Shown here: piece after piece, positions 50,507 to 63,645 of the stretch | Layout: each line of letters opens with the position of its first letter | Numbering within the stretch: position 1 is the stretch's first letter | Assembly (NCBI RefSeq): GCF_018350175.1 | Contig: NC_058368.1 | Coordinates: 157,420,001-157,484,000 of the forward strand | From: Felis catus | Lineage: Eukaryota | Reading direction: 5' to 3' | DNA: 64,000 nucleotides | Notes under the pieces: model-generated | The model's database searches: none | Told to the model about the DNA's origin: nothing | The model's input: the letters and a program-made list of their open reading frames with translations, nothing else | Position numbers and translations under genes: made by a program

Positions 50507-52659
50507 TCAAAATTTTTCTATTAATCTGCTGCCCTCTCCTGAGCCACGAGGCAACAAATTCTAAGACTCCAAAGCTGACAGAGGTGAAGACATATTTAAA
50601 GGTCCTTGTGTTTTATTAGCAAAATGTATTAAGTTCCTACTGTGTATAAAGAACTAGACAACAGAACACTTGGAGCAAATATATTTTCTGCCACAGAGAC
50701 TAGTCACCCAGACAAGATTTGTTTCACCTGGTTGACAAAGTGATACATAATAAAAACAGACAAAATTGTAATGTAGCAAATTTGAAGAGTAAAAACAAAA
50801 AAGAAATTAGTCATAATTGCATCATCCAAAAAATGGTACTGTTGGCATTTTGATTATTTCCTTCTGGTTTTTCATTTATTTGTTTTTAGTTTGTTAGCAA
50901 AAGTAATGGACTTCATTCTTTAGCACTGTTTTAGGGTCACAGGAAAGTTGAGCAGACTTTATAAATACTTCCCATATATACTTCTTCCCTGCACACAACT
51001 TGCCTCATTTGCTTTTATAATTGATGAACCAATATTGAAACACTATTATTAACTGATATCCCTTTGTTTACATTAAGGTTTATCTTTGTGTTATAGGGTT
51101 CCGTGGGTTTTGGCAAATGCATAATAACATGTATCCACCATTACTGTATCCTACTCATTAGGTTCACCATTTATGTTTTGTACATTCAGATGCACACAGC
51201 TGTTTTTCTCTGCTTTTCTGTCACAGCCTGACACAAGCCTTCCTTTACACAATGGCGCTTCTCCTCTGTGTGGTAGTAAACTCTCACAAACATCGCAGAG
51301 TATAGCGGCCTATACTTAACCGTTCCCATAATGGTGGACATTCATGCCGCTGACAGTTTTTCAGATGTCATAAGGTATTTTACAATCAGCTCATGGAAAT
51401 AGCTTTCAGGATGTAGATAACATTTAGAAAAAAAATATTTTTAGAAAGAAATGTGTTGTGTGGCATCTCCCGGCACCTCCTAGACAAAAGGCTTTTGTGT
51501 GAAGGCTTGAGGCCTGTGCCACCTAGAGTACCAGCATCCTCCTGCTCGCTGCTGGAGTGTGGGGGGCGGAGGGGAGATGGGGGGATGGGCCTCGTTAGGA
51601 GGCCAGGGAGAGAGAGACTAGCTGCGTCTTAGCACCCCATTTCCACAGTGAAGCTCAGGCTTCTGCATTCACTCCCCTCTCACCTTTCTCCCTCCAGCGC
51701 TCCTCAGAGCCTTCACTATTTTCTTTTGCTCTTAGGACTGATTGGCCTAATGGGGAAATAGCACTGGGGTTGACAGAAGCGACCTTGGGCTGTACAGGAC
51801 AGCTTTGATGAGCGTGTCAGTCTGGTGAGCTAGCCGGGTCAAACTGCCTCACAGAAACCCCAAACTATATAACTCCATCTGGAAAGTTTTCACCAGAGGG
51901 CAAAAGCCTGCGAAGGTAATATCCCTTTACTATTTCTCATAAAAGTGCATGCCAGAAATAATGAGAACAAGTTGGGTTTTGTGTGTGTGTGTGTTTTGTT
52001 TTTGTTTTGTTTTAGCTGTGGAGCTGATAACCGTACAGCTATATCTGCAGAGCCCTGGAACATAACAGCACTTGCTCATACACTGGTTCACGTTACCTGA
52101 CAACAGTTTAGCGTGCTGGAGGTCATTACTGCCACTTTACAAAGTGAGAAGCTTTGGTATATCTCAAGTTCTCAGAGATGCCGCCATATGCCATAGGCCG
52201 CCCTTCACGTCTGTCCCACGGGTTCACAGCTGGTATGTGGAGGAACTGGAAGCTGAATCCAGGACAGCGTTTTCCTCATCCGCCCCAGCTGCCTAAGAAC
52301 AGGGCAGGCCAACTTTCATACCCAGGGATCCCATTCCGAGACACGTGTGCAAGCCCCAACCTAACGGCCCCCACAGGGCACCAAGAGCCACTTTGAGAGG
52401 CCTTGTTTGTCTTTGCCCTGGGAGTCTGGTCTGTACCGTGACCTCTGACCTAGAACTATTTGTTCCAACCACTCTTAGGCTGTCATCTTGGCTCAAAACA
52501 AAGTGAGCGAAAGTTCTCTCTTCAAGCCCTGCTTTCATACTCAAGGGGTCAGTGAAAATGAGCGGTGTGGTCATGTGGCTGATGAGTCATTTTGGCCCTG
52601 AAATACCAAGTTAAAATATTCTATAGTTCAGGGCCTATCCGGGCAGTAACAGCTGGGGA

Positions 52660-52925
52660 GCAGTAAACATTAGGAGCATAGTCTTTGGGCCAGAGAGACG
52701 TGGGTTTGAGTCCTACCTTTACACCTCTGAGCTGTGTAACCTTAGGCCACTTAAATAAACTCTCTGGGCCTCAGTTTCCATATCTGTAAAGCAAGGCTAA
52801 GCCTAGTGCTTATCGTATAGAGCAGTTTCCACATCCGCCTCTATCGTATAGAGGATTACATGAGGGAAAACAAGGTAAAGTACTTAGCCTACTGCCTGGC
52901 ATGAGTAAGCCCTCATAATACTGTT
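52660..52925 (+). mobile_element. MIR
   Basis: CTGTGTAACCTTAGGCCACTTA...CCTCAGTTTCCATATCTGTAAA core. Other MIRs lie at ~33340-33610, ~35920-36000 and ~45500-45680. Confidence 0.8.
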
Positions 52926-53893
52926 GTTTTTATTATTCAGTCACCAGGAAAACCCAGAGGAATCAATCTGTTGGGTCACAGGTGTTCCTAGAACTGTCTG
53001 CAAACACTTCCACATGGTCAAAGTGGCCGTATTCTTCACGAAATACCTTTGCTTTTGTCTTTCAGGCCTCCTGCTTCAACAAATGTCCACGGTTTTAGGT
53101 CAGTAACCTGTAGGTAGGGAGAGTCACCTCATAATTGTGACAAATGTGAGTATATCTCTGAAGCGCCAAAGAGGTTCTGGCAAAAACCCACACGTGCAGG
53201 TTTGTCTGAGTTTCCCGACATACCCACTACCAGCCTGTTGGAGGTGGTTGAGGTTTGATCGCTGGCTTCTTCCCACAGCTGGCTGGAGTTTACTTCATGT
53301 CAGAGTCTGCCCTTGATTTCCTCCCCCGTGACGACCAGTCTTGCCTGGCCAGGGGGATTGTGACAGTCTTTGCTTCCATGTGGGTGAAGTCTTTTGAAAA
53401 GGGAGAAAACTCATTAGTTTGCTGTCATCCTCAAATGTGCTTAGGTTATGAGTAATTCTGCCACGAGAGCCAGGGCCCTGGGCGTGCACTTGGCTGAGAC
53501 TGTTTTATCTACTTGTACAGGATGGTGGGAGATTAAATGGGATAATTTACGAAAGAGTGTCTGTCCACTGTAGACCTTCCTACAAATCCAACGAGGAAGA
53601 TGACGATGATCACGCTTTCCCCACCTCTGAGAGATCACCTACAGACACCCTCAAATGCACAACCACACTGTATCTGGACACACCTGCGTGTGCACACACA
53701 CCACACTGCATTCTATAGTGAAGAAAGGATCGCGTTTGCCCTTGAGGACTGGTTTGAATAAAGAGTGCATGTTTCCGCTAGTGTTTCTGTTCTCCTTCCA
53801 GTCAGGCCTGGCTGCTGCCTCAGAGCAAACAGGGCACCAACAGCGCTCGGGTCTCCGCGGTCAGCTCCAGTCTGCTGCTCCATCGGCCGGCGT

Positions 53894-53907
53894 CCAGCAG
53901 GTGGCGC
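53894..53907 (+). promoter_or_regulatory. CTCF consensus motif
   Basis: CCAGCAGGTGGCGC matches CCASYAGRKGGCRS exactly, inside a CpG-rich patch. Confidence 0.65.
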
Positions 53908-56900
53908 TGCACCCCGCGCGGCCCCGACCGGCCGGCCCACGCTCCCTAGGAGGCCCAAGAGTTCCTGGGAAGTCGGGATGTGGGTTTTCGGCGGACTCAG
54001 AGCTGCAGCCACGGCAAACGCAAATGCTGACACACCGGCTTGACGAGGGCCTTTGTCAGAGGCACGGGGGATCTGGCGTCACCGCACAATGGAAAACAAA
54101 GTGCTTTGCCTGCCTGGCCAGATTTCACATTTGCTCACCATTGATTCTGGGGCATTTACAGGCAGAATGAGTTCATGTGAAATTTCAGGCCCTGTCATGA
54201 CTCAGATTCACTTTCTGTAAACCAGAGTCAGCATTACACTTCCCCTCACTTTGGGCCATTACTTGAACTTTTAGGAGACCCATTGTATTTGTGCTCACTG
54301 AAGAGCTTTGAGTATTTCCTAAGCACTTTTATTTTTGTAAAGGGTACTTTCATTTTTTAAAACCATCTTGGGGCAGATATGTATTTTGAGATATGTCACT
54401 CTTAGCTCCAAAAATAGGTTTGCCTTGTATATTATTTACATGTTCAAAAGTGTGCCATTTAGAAATTCAAGTGAAACTTGCAAAATACTATTCTGGCAGG
54501 AAGCCCAGGAGGGGATTGTTCTCCAAGATGATGATTTGGTTGGTGCAGGAGCAGGAAATGTGGGTGAGGAGGGAGTGAACTGAGGGGACCTCCCAGAGCT
54601 TTTTTTTTTTTTTTTCTACACCTAAAGAAAAAAGGTAGATGACTGGAGTTGATCTGTTCTGAGGATTATGGCAGAATTTTGGTATTGGGGAAAAGACCCA
54701 AGATGGGGTTAGTATTGGAGAGAGAGAACAGACCTGAGAGGATCTGAAAGGGGTTGAGCAGGTGATCTGGGAGCCTGTAAGCCTGGGTTTACAGCAGGAG
54801 AAGCACCTGAAGAGAATTAACTTGAATTAACTTGGGAGGCAGGTGGCACAGGAAAGCTTTTCACCTGCGGGAGAGGGGTGGGAGCAGCAGCCGGGCTGGA
54901 CAGGAAGGCACACTGGGTAGCAACTGGGCCATGCAAATGTGATTCTCTTATCTGCCTCTTGCCAGCATGTTGCTCTGACTCTTCCTTCTCCCACATAGAG
55001 GGAAACCAATTCTGGAGAAGTTCCCCACATCCTCATTCTTAGATTCAGCTAGTTGTTCCTCCTGGATTTTTCCTACCCTGACCAATCCCCTTTCACACCT
55101 TTTACACCTTGTGTAATCTCCAATCTCATTGTTCCCTAAAAATTCTCCTACAGAAATCTATATATCTGGTTAATTTTTTTGTGCTTTTATTTATGTTTTT
55201 TTTCCCCCCTGGTTTTGGGTTCTTGTAGGTTTTATTGAGAAAAATGATATTTGGGGACTGGAAAAGGTAAGGGAAACCCTGGTTTCTCTTGAGCTCCCTT
55301 TACCTTCCAGGGCTCCCTGGTGGGGGAGGAGGGAGGAGCTCTCCAGCTGCCCCAAGGTCTACTGCTTTAGTGGAATTGGATAGGGGCCCATGGGAGAGGT
55401 GTGAGTGCAAGCGCTGAGCTCCTTTCAGACACGAGGATGTGGATGTGTCAGGTGAGTGAGCAAACAAAAACACAAACCCTTTGAAAACCAAGTCCAGCAG
55501 AGTTTAGCTTGGTCCAGATAAACTCACCCCCATCCCCACCCCTTAGGGCACACAGGAAGAATGATGCTTGTGTGTGTAATATATTCTCATGGAGGTATGC
55601 AATGTTATGAGTAATTCTTGGCTTGTGATGTCACTTCTATGCTGTTCTTGCTCAGAGAAATGTATTGGAGTTGAAGAAAATGAAAGAATTTGGACTCTTT
55701 GTAAGCGTGTCTGTTTGAGTGGGTTTTATATGAGACAGGAAACAAATGAAGACAGAAAGTTTGCTAAGACATTATGACTGATCCCAGTTTATCAGGATAG
55801 CAGGTAAGAATAAGGCCAGAAAACAACAGTTACCCACACAAAGAACCATGCTTTTGTGTGGCATTTTGTAATATGTGACCTTTGTAGAGTAAATAGGTCA
55901 GGCAAATTCACATCATTTTGGAGATGATGAAACAAAGACTTTTAGAGGGTTTATGTGAATTTTTTAAGTCCATGGTATGTCAGAAGTGCAATGGGGTATT
56001 TCAGCTTCTGATTTATGCCTTTAAACACCTCTTACCCTTTGGGAGGTGAGTGGGGAAGACCAGGTGCAGGTCTGAATCGTGCCTCATTCCATTTTCAGAG
56101 AGGCTGACGTCAGGTGTCTCCTACAAGTCAAGAGGGCTTGCCAAGAGGACGGCCATGTTCCCCAATGCTCAGGTGAGCGTGCTCTGAGTGACAGTGTGTG
56201 ATGCATGGAGCATCTGTGAAGCACGCAGGCAGTAGGCTGGTTAGAACTGTGTTGAGTATTCTCAGGTTGACAGCATTGGTTTTATGTAATTTGAGACGTG
56301 TGTGGCATGACAGCCAGGCTTTTATCACTCACCCCTTTCCCCTTCCTGAGAATTGTTTGTGTTGTTGAGATTCTGGGTCTGTATTTTTAGCGTCTGATTC
56401 TCCATGGTTGCTCAAGTATCTGTGGCCATGTTTTACTGACTCACGCAGATGTCCTGATGCCCCCGATAAAACTGATGACTGCTGAATGGAAAGCACTCCA
56501 CGTGGAAAGCCAGGAATTGTCCCCATAGCTTGCCTTATTAGTTCCAGCTGATTTTTCAGAACAGGGTTTGCAGAGAGCTTAACTTTGAGAATTACAGAGT
56601 TCTGTTAGCTTTCTTCTTGCTAAATTGGGGGGGGGAAAGGCGATATTCTGGGGTAAAGCAAAAGGGATTGGGCACAGCAGATATTCATACAGCATTTCTT
56701 TCAGTGTCCCCTCTCCTTGCTGCTGCTTTTATGCCAGCTGGAGTTCCCCAAGCCCCGCGTCTGTGGGCAAGACTACGTGGTGAAAGAGCTGAGTCACAGC
56801 TTTGCTTCTCTATAATTATAAATTTTTATCACCTCATCTGACATAGAAAGGGTGTTGGTTGTAAATGAAACACATTAGGAATAAGCTCTTTAGATAGAGC

Positions 56901-57373
56901 AAAAAAACAAAAACAAACAAAATCCATACAAAAAACAGCTTTCACAGAGTGAAGGGTCTCCCCCGCCGCCCCGGTTGTTAAGGTCATGAAGAGACAGAGG
57001 AGTCATTTCTCCTTCTCACCCATGCAATCATGAAAATTAAAACATCAAAATAAGCAACACTCTACATTTCTCATCAAACCCTCTTCTAGTTGTTTTGTTT
57101 AATGTTCTCACTGCACATGCCTGGATAACCTACCATGCCAGCTGCCACCACCCCATCTTTTCTCCCATCTTCTTTGCTGTTCTCACTGTCTCTCAAGACC
57201 TTAGTCAAAATCACCTTCAACATGAAGTCTTGTCTCCCTAGGAGATACTGTTTTATGGTACATTATTGTGCTTCTGAATCTTAAACAAATTGTTCATGTC
57301 ATTCTCTGTGTACATCACATCTCCAACAGATTGGAAGTTCTTCTAGAGTAGAGGTAGTGTCTTCTAATGCCTT

Positions 57374-57574
57374 ATTATTATTATTTTTTAAATGTTTATT
57401 TACTTTTGAGAGAGAGTGTGAGTGGGGGAGGGGCAGAGCGAGTGAGGCAGAGGATCCAAAGTGGGCTCTGTGCTGACAGCAGACATCCTGATGTGGGACT
57501 CAAACGCACAAATCACAAGATCATGACCTGAGCTCAAGTTGGGCAGCTTAACTGACTGAGCGCCCAGGCATCCC
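57374..57574 (-). mobile_element. CanSINE
   Basis: TSD TTCTAATGCCTT at 57362-57373 and 57575-57586. Confidence 0.92.
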
Positions 57575-58889
57575 TTCTAATGCCTTTTTATTCTCTTTGT
57601 GCGTCTTCCTTCCATGGGGCAGTCTGTAGTATGAGTAGCATCCAGTCTCAAATGTCTTTCTTTTCCAACTTAGACCAATCAAGATGCCCCCTAGCCATGC
57701 TGAAAACGAACTCCTTTGCCAACTGTGTGTGTAAACAACCCCTGAAAATAGCCAGGACATGCAAACCAGTGAAGTTTCCTATTCCACCTCTACCCAGATA
57801 TGACCTTGTTGATACCATCTCCTGTTAGATGACAGATATGAATGTTTCTATTGCTTGGTTGCTATTTGCTACATGCTTCCTGGACAGGTTTCTAGGTAAC
57901 CTTAATGGCTGTGCTTCTGGAGAAGGAGGAGTAGAAAATAATTCACCTCTTCAGTAAGTGGTTGTAAAAATATAACCGCATTTAAAAGCTTTTATAGAGC
58001 AGCTCTCTTCTTCCGGTGGCTCAGGCCCTGTTAGCTTTGAGATAGGAGCCCCCATAGTGCTTTGTTCTTGGCAACCTCTGACTAGGACAGAAGGCAGATT
58101 TAAAGGCCAGAAGGATTGATTTTTTTTCAGTGGAGGGCTTTCCATGAGGGGTGTGGGAGAGGAATCACTCGGGGAAACAGTGGTCAGTGAGGCTTATTCT
58201 CTATCTGCTCCTCATTCATGTGTAAGGCTGAACAAGCTCCTTGTCTCAACAAGTGAGTCCCAGACCACAGAGGGGAGCAGTTTATCCTGGAGGTCCTAGG
58301 CTGACGGGGGACCTGGATGGTAAGAGGTAGGGACTGCCACAGCCTCTCCTCCCACTCACATTCCCAACAAAACTTGCAGGGCGAATGTCCCCAAATTGCA
58401 TGTGTGTTCTGCTTTGATGTGGCCACAGTGTGGCCACCCAGGCTTACTCCAGTGCAGCTGGATCCCATGGTTCAAACTAGGCCTGACTGTCCAATTTTGG
58501 AAACTGGGAGGCGTTTTCCCGTCTGTCAGGACTTGGAGTTTACCATCCCTAGAGCATTGAGTAAGAACCTCATGTTTACAAAATCCCCAAGCCCCATGAT
58601 TTCTTCCTGCCATGTCTGGAGAACAAGTAGGCACATAATGTCAAGTAGACCTTGCAACTGCTGTCCCTTCGTTCCTGCCCAGCACAAAGTTACCAGGGAA
58701 AAAATAGGTATAGGTGAGGTGAGGGATGTACTTGTTTGAGCCCTGAAAATAGAATTTTAAAATTCTCACTGAAAAGTCATTGGATTTTCTGCCTATAATT
58801 TTATTTTTTCCAAAACTATTTCTAAAAGCCAAATATAAATTGAATTTAAAAATGTACACTGTATTTTAAATGCTTTGGGTAATGTAGGG

Positions 58890-58931
58890 TTTTTTTTTCT
58901 TTAAAATTTTGTTAATGTTTTATTTATTCTT

Positions 58932-58994
<63 letters not shown>

Positions 58995-60098
58995 CATGAG
59001 CGAGGAAGGGGCAGATGGAGAGGGAGACACAGAATCCGAAGCAAGCTCCAGGCTCCGAGCTGTCAGCACAGAACCCGACATGGGGATTGAACTCACAAGC
59101 CGTGAGATCATGACCTGAGCTGAAGTTGAATGCTTAACCGACTGAGCCACCCAGGTGCCCCCTTTTCTCTTTCTTTAAGAAGTGCTATTGTGAGTCCTCT
59201 AAACGATGTACACTCTCAGGACGCCTCAGTGGCTCATTCGGTTAAGTGTCCCACTCTTGTTTTCAGCTCAGGTCATGATCTCATGGTTCATGGCTTCGAG
59301 CCCTGCATTGAGCTGTGCTGTCAGCATGAAGCCTGCTTGGGACTCTCTCTCCCTCTGTCTCTGTCCCTCCCCCTCTTGTCCTCTGTCTCTTTCAATAAAT
59401 AAATAAACATTAAGAAAAGATATATACTCTCCATGTGATTTATTTATTTATTAATGTTTGTTTATTTTTGAGAGAAGGAGAAACAGAGAGCAAGTGGGGG
59501 AGGGGCAGAGACAGACACACACACAGAATCCAAAGTAGGCTCCAGGCTTTGCGCTGTCAACACAGAGTCCAACATGGGGCTGGAACTCATGAACCGTGAG
59601 ATCATGACATGAGCCGAAGTTGGATGCTTAACTGACTGAGCCACCCAGGTGCCCTGTCCATGTGATTCATGTTTTGTACAAATTTATCTATATATTTTTA
59701 ACAAATTTTTTTGAGAGTGAGCAAGAACAAGCTGGGGAGGGATAGAGGGAGAGGAGGAAAGAATCTTTAAAAAATTTTTTTTTCATGTTTATTTATTTAT
59801 TTTGAGAGAGAGAGGGAGGGAGGGAGAGATTCCCAAACAGGCTCCATGCTGTCAATGCAGAGCCCAGTGCAGGGCTCAATCCCACGAACAGTGAGACCAC
59901 GACCTGAGCTGAGCTCAACAGTCAGATGCTTAACCGACTGAGCCACCTAGGCACCCCAAGGATGAGAGAGAATCTTAAGCAGGCTCCACACCCAACCTAG
60001 AGCCCAAGGACTTGGGCCTCAATCCCACAACCATGAGGTCATGACCTGAGTTGAAATCAAGAGTCAGATGCTCAACTGACTGAGCCACCCAGGCACCC
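58890..60098. mobile_element. Cluster of five CanSINEs: ~58890-59162(-), ~59218-59418(+), ~59441-59654(-), ~59705-60098(-) containing nested ~59768-59957(-)
   Basis: Five SINE heads are visible. TSD TCCATGTGATT surrounds the third, and GAATCTT is duplicated around the nested copy. Confidence 0.9.
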
Positions 60099-60826
60099 CT
60101 CTATATTAAAGTTTTAAAACCAGGTATTCCATGTTTGACAATATCTAACAGCTACTAAATCAACCCCAAATCTTCTCTATGTTTTTTCGCCCTTTGGTGT
60201 CACCTTGAGCAGAAAACCACTTTTTCAGGGCAGCCGTGTGCCCATCCATATTGACTCTCATGGACGTATTGATCATGAGCTTTTCCACCATAATGTGCAA
60301 ACTGCTTCTCATGGTTTACAGAGAGCTTGGTTACACAGCACCTCCTAGGTCTTAAAGTTAAAAATATCAATGTCCATTTTATATAATGGATCTTGTGGGA
60401 CCTAATTAAAATATGCACATAAGTCTTTTATAAGACATGAGAGGTAGGGGTTGTGCAATGTTCTATCTGTGAAGACATAACCAGGTATATTTTGGTGCTC
60501 ATCAACTCCATGAAGATAAAGATTCCAAACAACCACCAAAATATCATTTGGCTTTGAACATTGAAAGTAGTGGGTTTCTATAATTTCCTTAGATAATTGG
60601 GGCCACGCAAAAGTAAAACAACAGGAGCTGAAAAGTTCATGTTAAGGCAGATTGAGGCTCACAAAGTCCCACATTTCCAGCAGGAGTAAATTCTCTGAGT
60701 CACATTAGTATTGGGCAGAAGATGTACTAAGGGGGCGGGGTGCAAAAAAAGGACTGTAGGACACAAGGAAGCCTAAAGGCTTTAGAGTCCCCACAAGTAA
60801 AAAATAATAAGATTTATTCTCCTCTC

Positions 60827-60924
60827 GGGAAAGTGGGTGATGGGCATTGAGGAGGGCACCTGTTGGGATGAGCACTGGGTGTTGTATGGAAAGCGATTTG
60901 ACAATAAATTTCGTATTAAAAAAA
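60827..60924 (+). mobile_element. 98-bp extreme 3' L1 fragment
   Basis: Matches the L1 3' UTR at ~42105-42200, with AATAAA and an A tail. 18-bp TSD AAGATTTATTCTCCTCTC at 60809-60826 and 60925-60942. Confidence 0.93.
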
Positions 60925-63229
60925 AAGATTTATTCTCCTCTCACCCCACCATATATATAAATATATCATTTGAAGTCACATCAGAAATGCAAAAAATTCT
61001 CCCGGTAATCACCTGGTTGATTAAAATGTTTTTAATTCTTCCTTTTTCTCTGAATTGCTGCCACCGTCAGTACGCGCTTGGTCCGCCTGTTAGCTACCTT
61101 AGCACACTAGCAAGGTGGGGAGATGAGGAGAAGGGCACCTATGGAGGTGGTCATTTGACAGAATGTAGGGCTCTAGCTGGAGTGTCATGTTCCTGCCCAG
61201 CCATGGGGCAAACAGAATAAAGACACGGCCGGCAAGAACTCTAGAGTGGGTGGATTTCAAAATGTGTAGAATAGGTCTTGTAGGTCTCAAGCACTGGGTA
61301 CTTAGTTTATAATTTGCACACATTCATTTTCTGGCTGGAAGGCTGGAGGCAAACAGACAGCTCATTAGGAAAATAACTGAAGAGCTAAATATAATGGAGG
61401 AAGTAGGCAGCAGGTCCCAGACAGAAGAGCATGGCTCACAGTCCTTCACGGCAGATCAGAGGCCAAGCCAAACCAATGTGTCTGTCCCTCAAAGGTCAAC
61501 CCTCTAGGGCTTTGTCAGACCAGGAAGGGAACAGAGTTTCAAAGGGCCTTTTGTGGAACACACACAGCTCTGGCCCCTGAGATTCAAATCAGGATCTGGA
61601 AACCTGTGTAGCAACCACTCACATGCACACTGCTTAGAGACCGGCAGGGCCCTCCAACCTCCTTTTTTTTTTTTTTTTTCCTTTATATGCACACCAACTT
61701 TCCCTGTAGTTGGGAAAGAGATTAAAAAACAAAACAACCAAAAGATGAAGTTATTTACTTAAATTTGAATAAAGTCAAAGAATGTTACATAATTTTTGTT
61801 GGATATTATTCAGAAAACTATATAGGAAATACTGTATATTTAAAAACCACTGAAGACATTATTATTATTTGTATCATAGGTCATATTCCCTAGTGGGTAA
61901 TACAATATACATATATTATGTTCCAATACATATAAATGAAAACCAAACCTATGAATAGATAAGCAGCAAACTTGTTAAAAATTGAGATACAACTTAAAGT
62001 AGATTCTAAATGGTTTCTTTTGCTTTAAAGCGGTTTCTTTTGCTTTAAATGGCCAACATTGCTTCTCTGTCCTTCTCTATCTTCAGTCAGTGTTAGAAAC
62101 ATTAGGAAGTGCTTATGTTTACTGTTTTGCTTCTGAGTCTCATTTAGTTTTCCATTAGTACACAGTTCTTTGTTCAATTTTTCTAGGGCAGTACCCTCAA
62201 GGGCTCTGGACTTTTCAGATTTGGGGTTGTGTGGAGAAGCCCACACCCCGAGAGTGGAAAGCCTAGCCCTCTGCTCTGGCTGGTGCTCCACTTTCTAATT
62301 TGGGGTGTGTGGCTGGTTCCTTATGTTCTCTGATATTCAGCTCTTGTAACTGTTTTTGGAGTTGTTAAGGACATTGAACCAAATAATGACCATATAAACC
62401 CTACTCACATGTAAATTATGTGTTATTCTTAGTAAAGTTTCTATTTTATTCCAAGACAAAGAGCCACTGGTAGTCATTCATTTGTTATACAGTTTATTCC
62501 TATCATTCATTTTACATGTTTTCCCTTCTATTTCTGTCCATGGTTCCCTTCAAATTTTATAAGTTTAAAACGATGTCATCATTATTGAATCATGACTCTG
62601 ACTCAGCCACTGAAAATATGAATCAGCTGAAATTAAGAGAAGAATTATCTCAAGTCCAGTAGGACCTGACACTATGGAGTCAACTTCTCTTGGAAACAAA
62701 GAACCTTCTTTCATTGTAAAGTTCTAACTGAAACCCTGAGTCAAAGGAATAAGCTAGAACTTCTAGGGCCAAGACCAGGGAACTCAATGGGCAATAAACA
62801 AAGAGCCAGAGGAATTTACAAATAGCTGCGGAGGGCAATTTTGAACCTGCAGGCCTAGTAACCTATAATCATTCTTGAAGACAAGAATATCATAATCTCA
62901 GCAAGCTGAATAAAGGAGGCCAACCAGCAAATCAAGCCTATGGTTATGCAATAGCTTGCCTTGCAGTTCTGAAAGCTTGCTGACGGCAGGTTCTCTTTCT
63001 CTCCACCCTTTCATTGAAGTTCCTTGACCCAGGAGAGTTGAACACTTGTTAGAAGCCCATGTCTAAATCAGATTTCTTCAGCATTAGTCATTATCATTTG
63101 CCATGTTTCAATTGAGATGATGTATTTATAAACTAGCAATTCAAGTTCATCTGTGAAACCCTGGCACATGAAGTCTCAATCTTTGATTTTGAGCCATAGT
63201 CCTGTTGGGAAGTCTTGGTGGAGCCTATG

Positions 63230-63645
63230 GACCATTCCTAAGAATGATGTTGTTAAAAGTACAAAATAAAATAGATAGGATGCTAAGGAAACAAATTGTA
63301 TTGAAGAATATTTTAAAAAATCGTATGTGAGACAGTAATATAGATGCTGCTTTATTAATACATTAAATAAGATCTGGTGGGTTTAGTAAAAATTGTACCT
63401 TCAAAGTGTTGATGGATATTAATGATATTTCAAGGTACTGGCAAATACTAATGGTGACAAAGTCATAAGGAACTATTGTAGTTTGTTACCTATCTTAATA
63501 ATTAAAAGAACAGCTAAATTTCAGTTACAGGGTAATGAAGATAAATAAGTGGGTTTTTCTTCCCCCATCCAAATTTTTAGACCCTTTAAACTCTATCCCA
63601 AGAGCCCCTTGGGTGTTTGTGGACCTGAGGGTAAGCAGCCCTGCC
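63230..63645. mobile_element. Old hAT-Charlie relic
   Basis: AT-rich body ending TGTGGACCTGAGGGTAAGCAGCCCTG, a Charlie-type terminus. Confidence 0.5.

Noticed and set aside
53655..54170. 171-aa ORF across the CpG-rich patch
   Set aside because: Explained by low stop-codon frequency in GC-rich DNA; no recognisable domain.
25675..59644. Recurrent MAQSVK/MAQLV... peptide family
   Set aside because: These are translations of CanSINE copies, not a gene family.
62011..62050. 20-bp tandem duplication (GGTTTCTTTTGCTTTAAA core)
   Set aside because: Ordinary slippage duplication with no functional hint. The same applies to the 13-bp repeat near 29256-29292.
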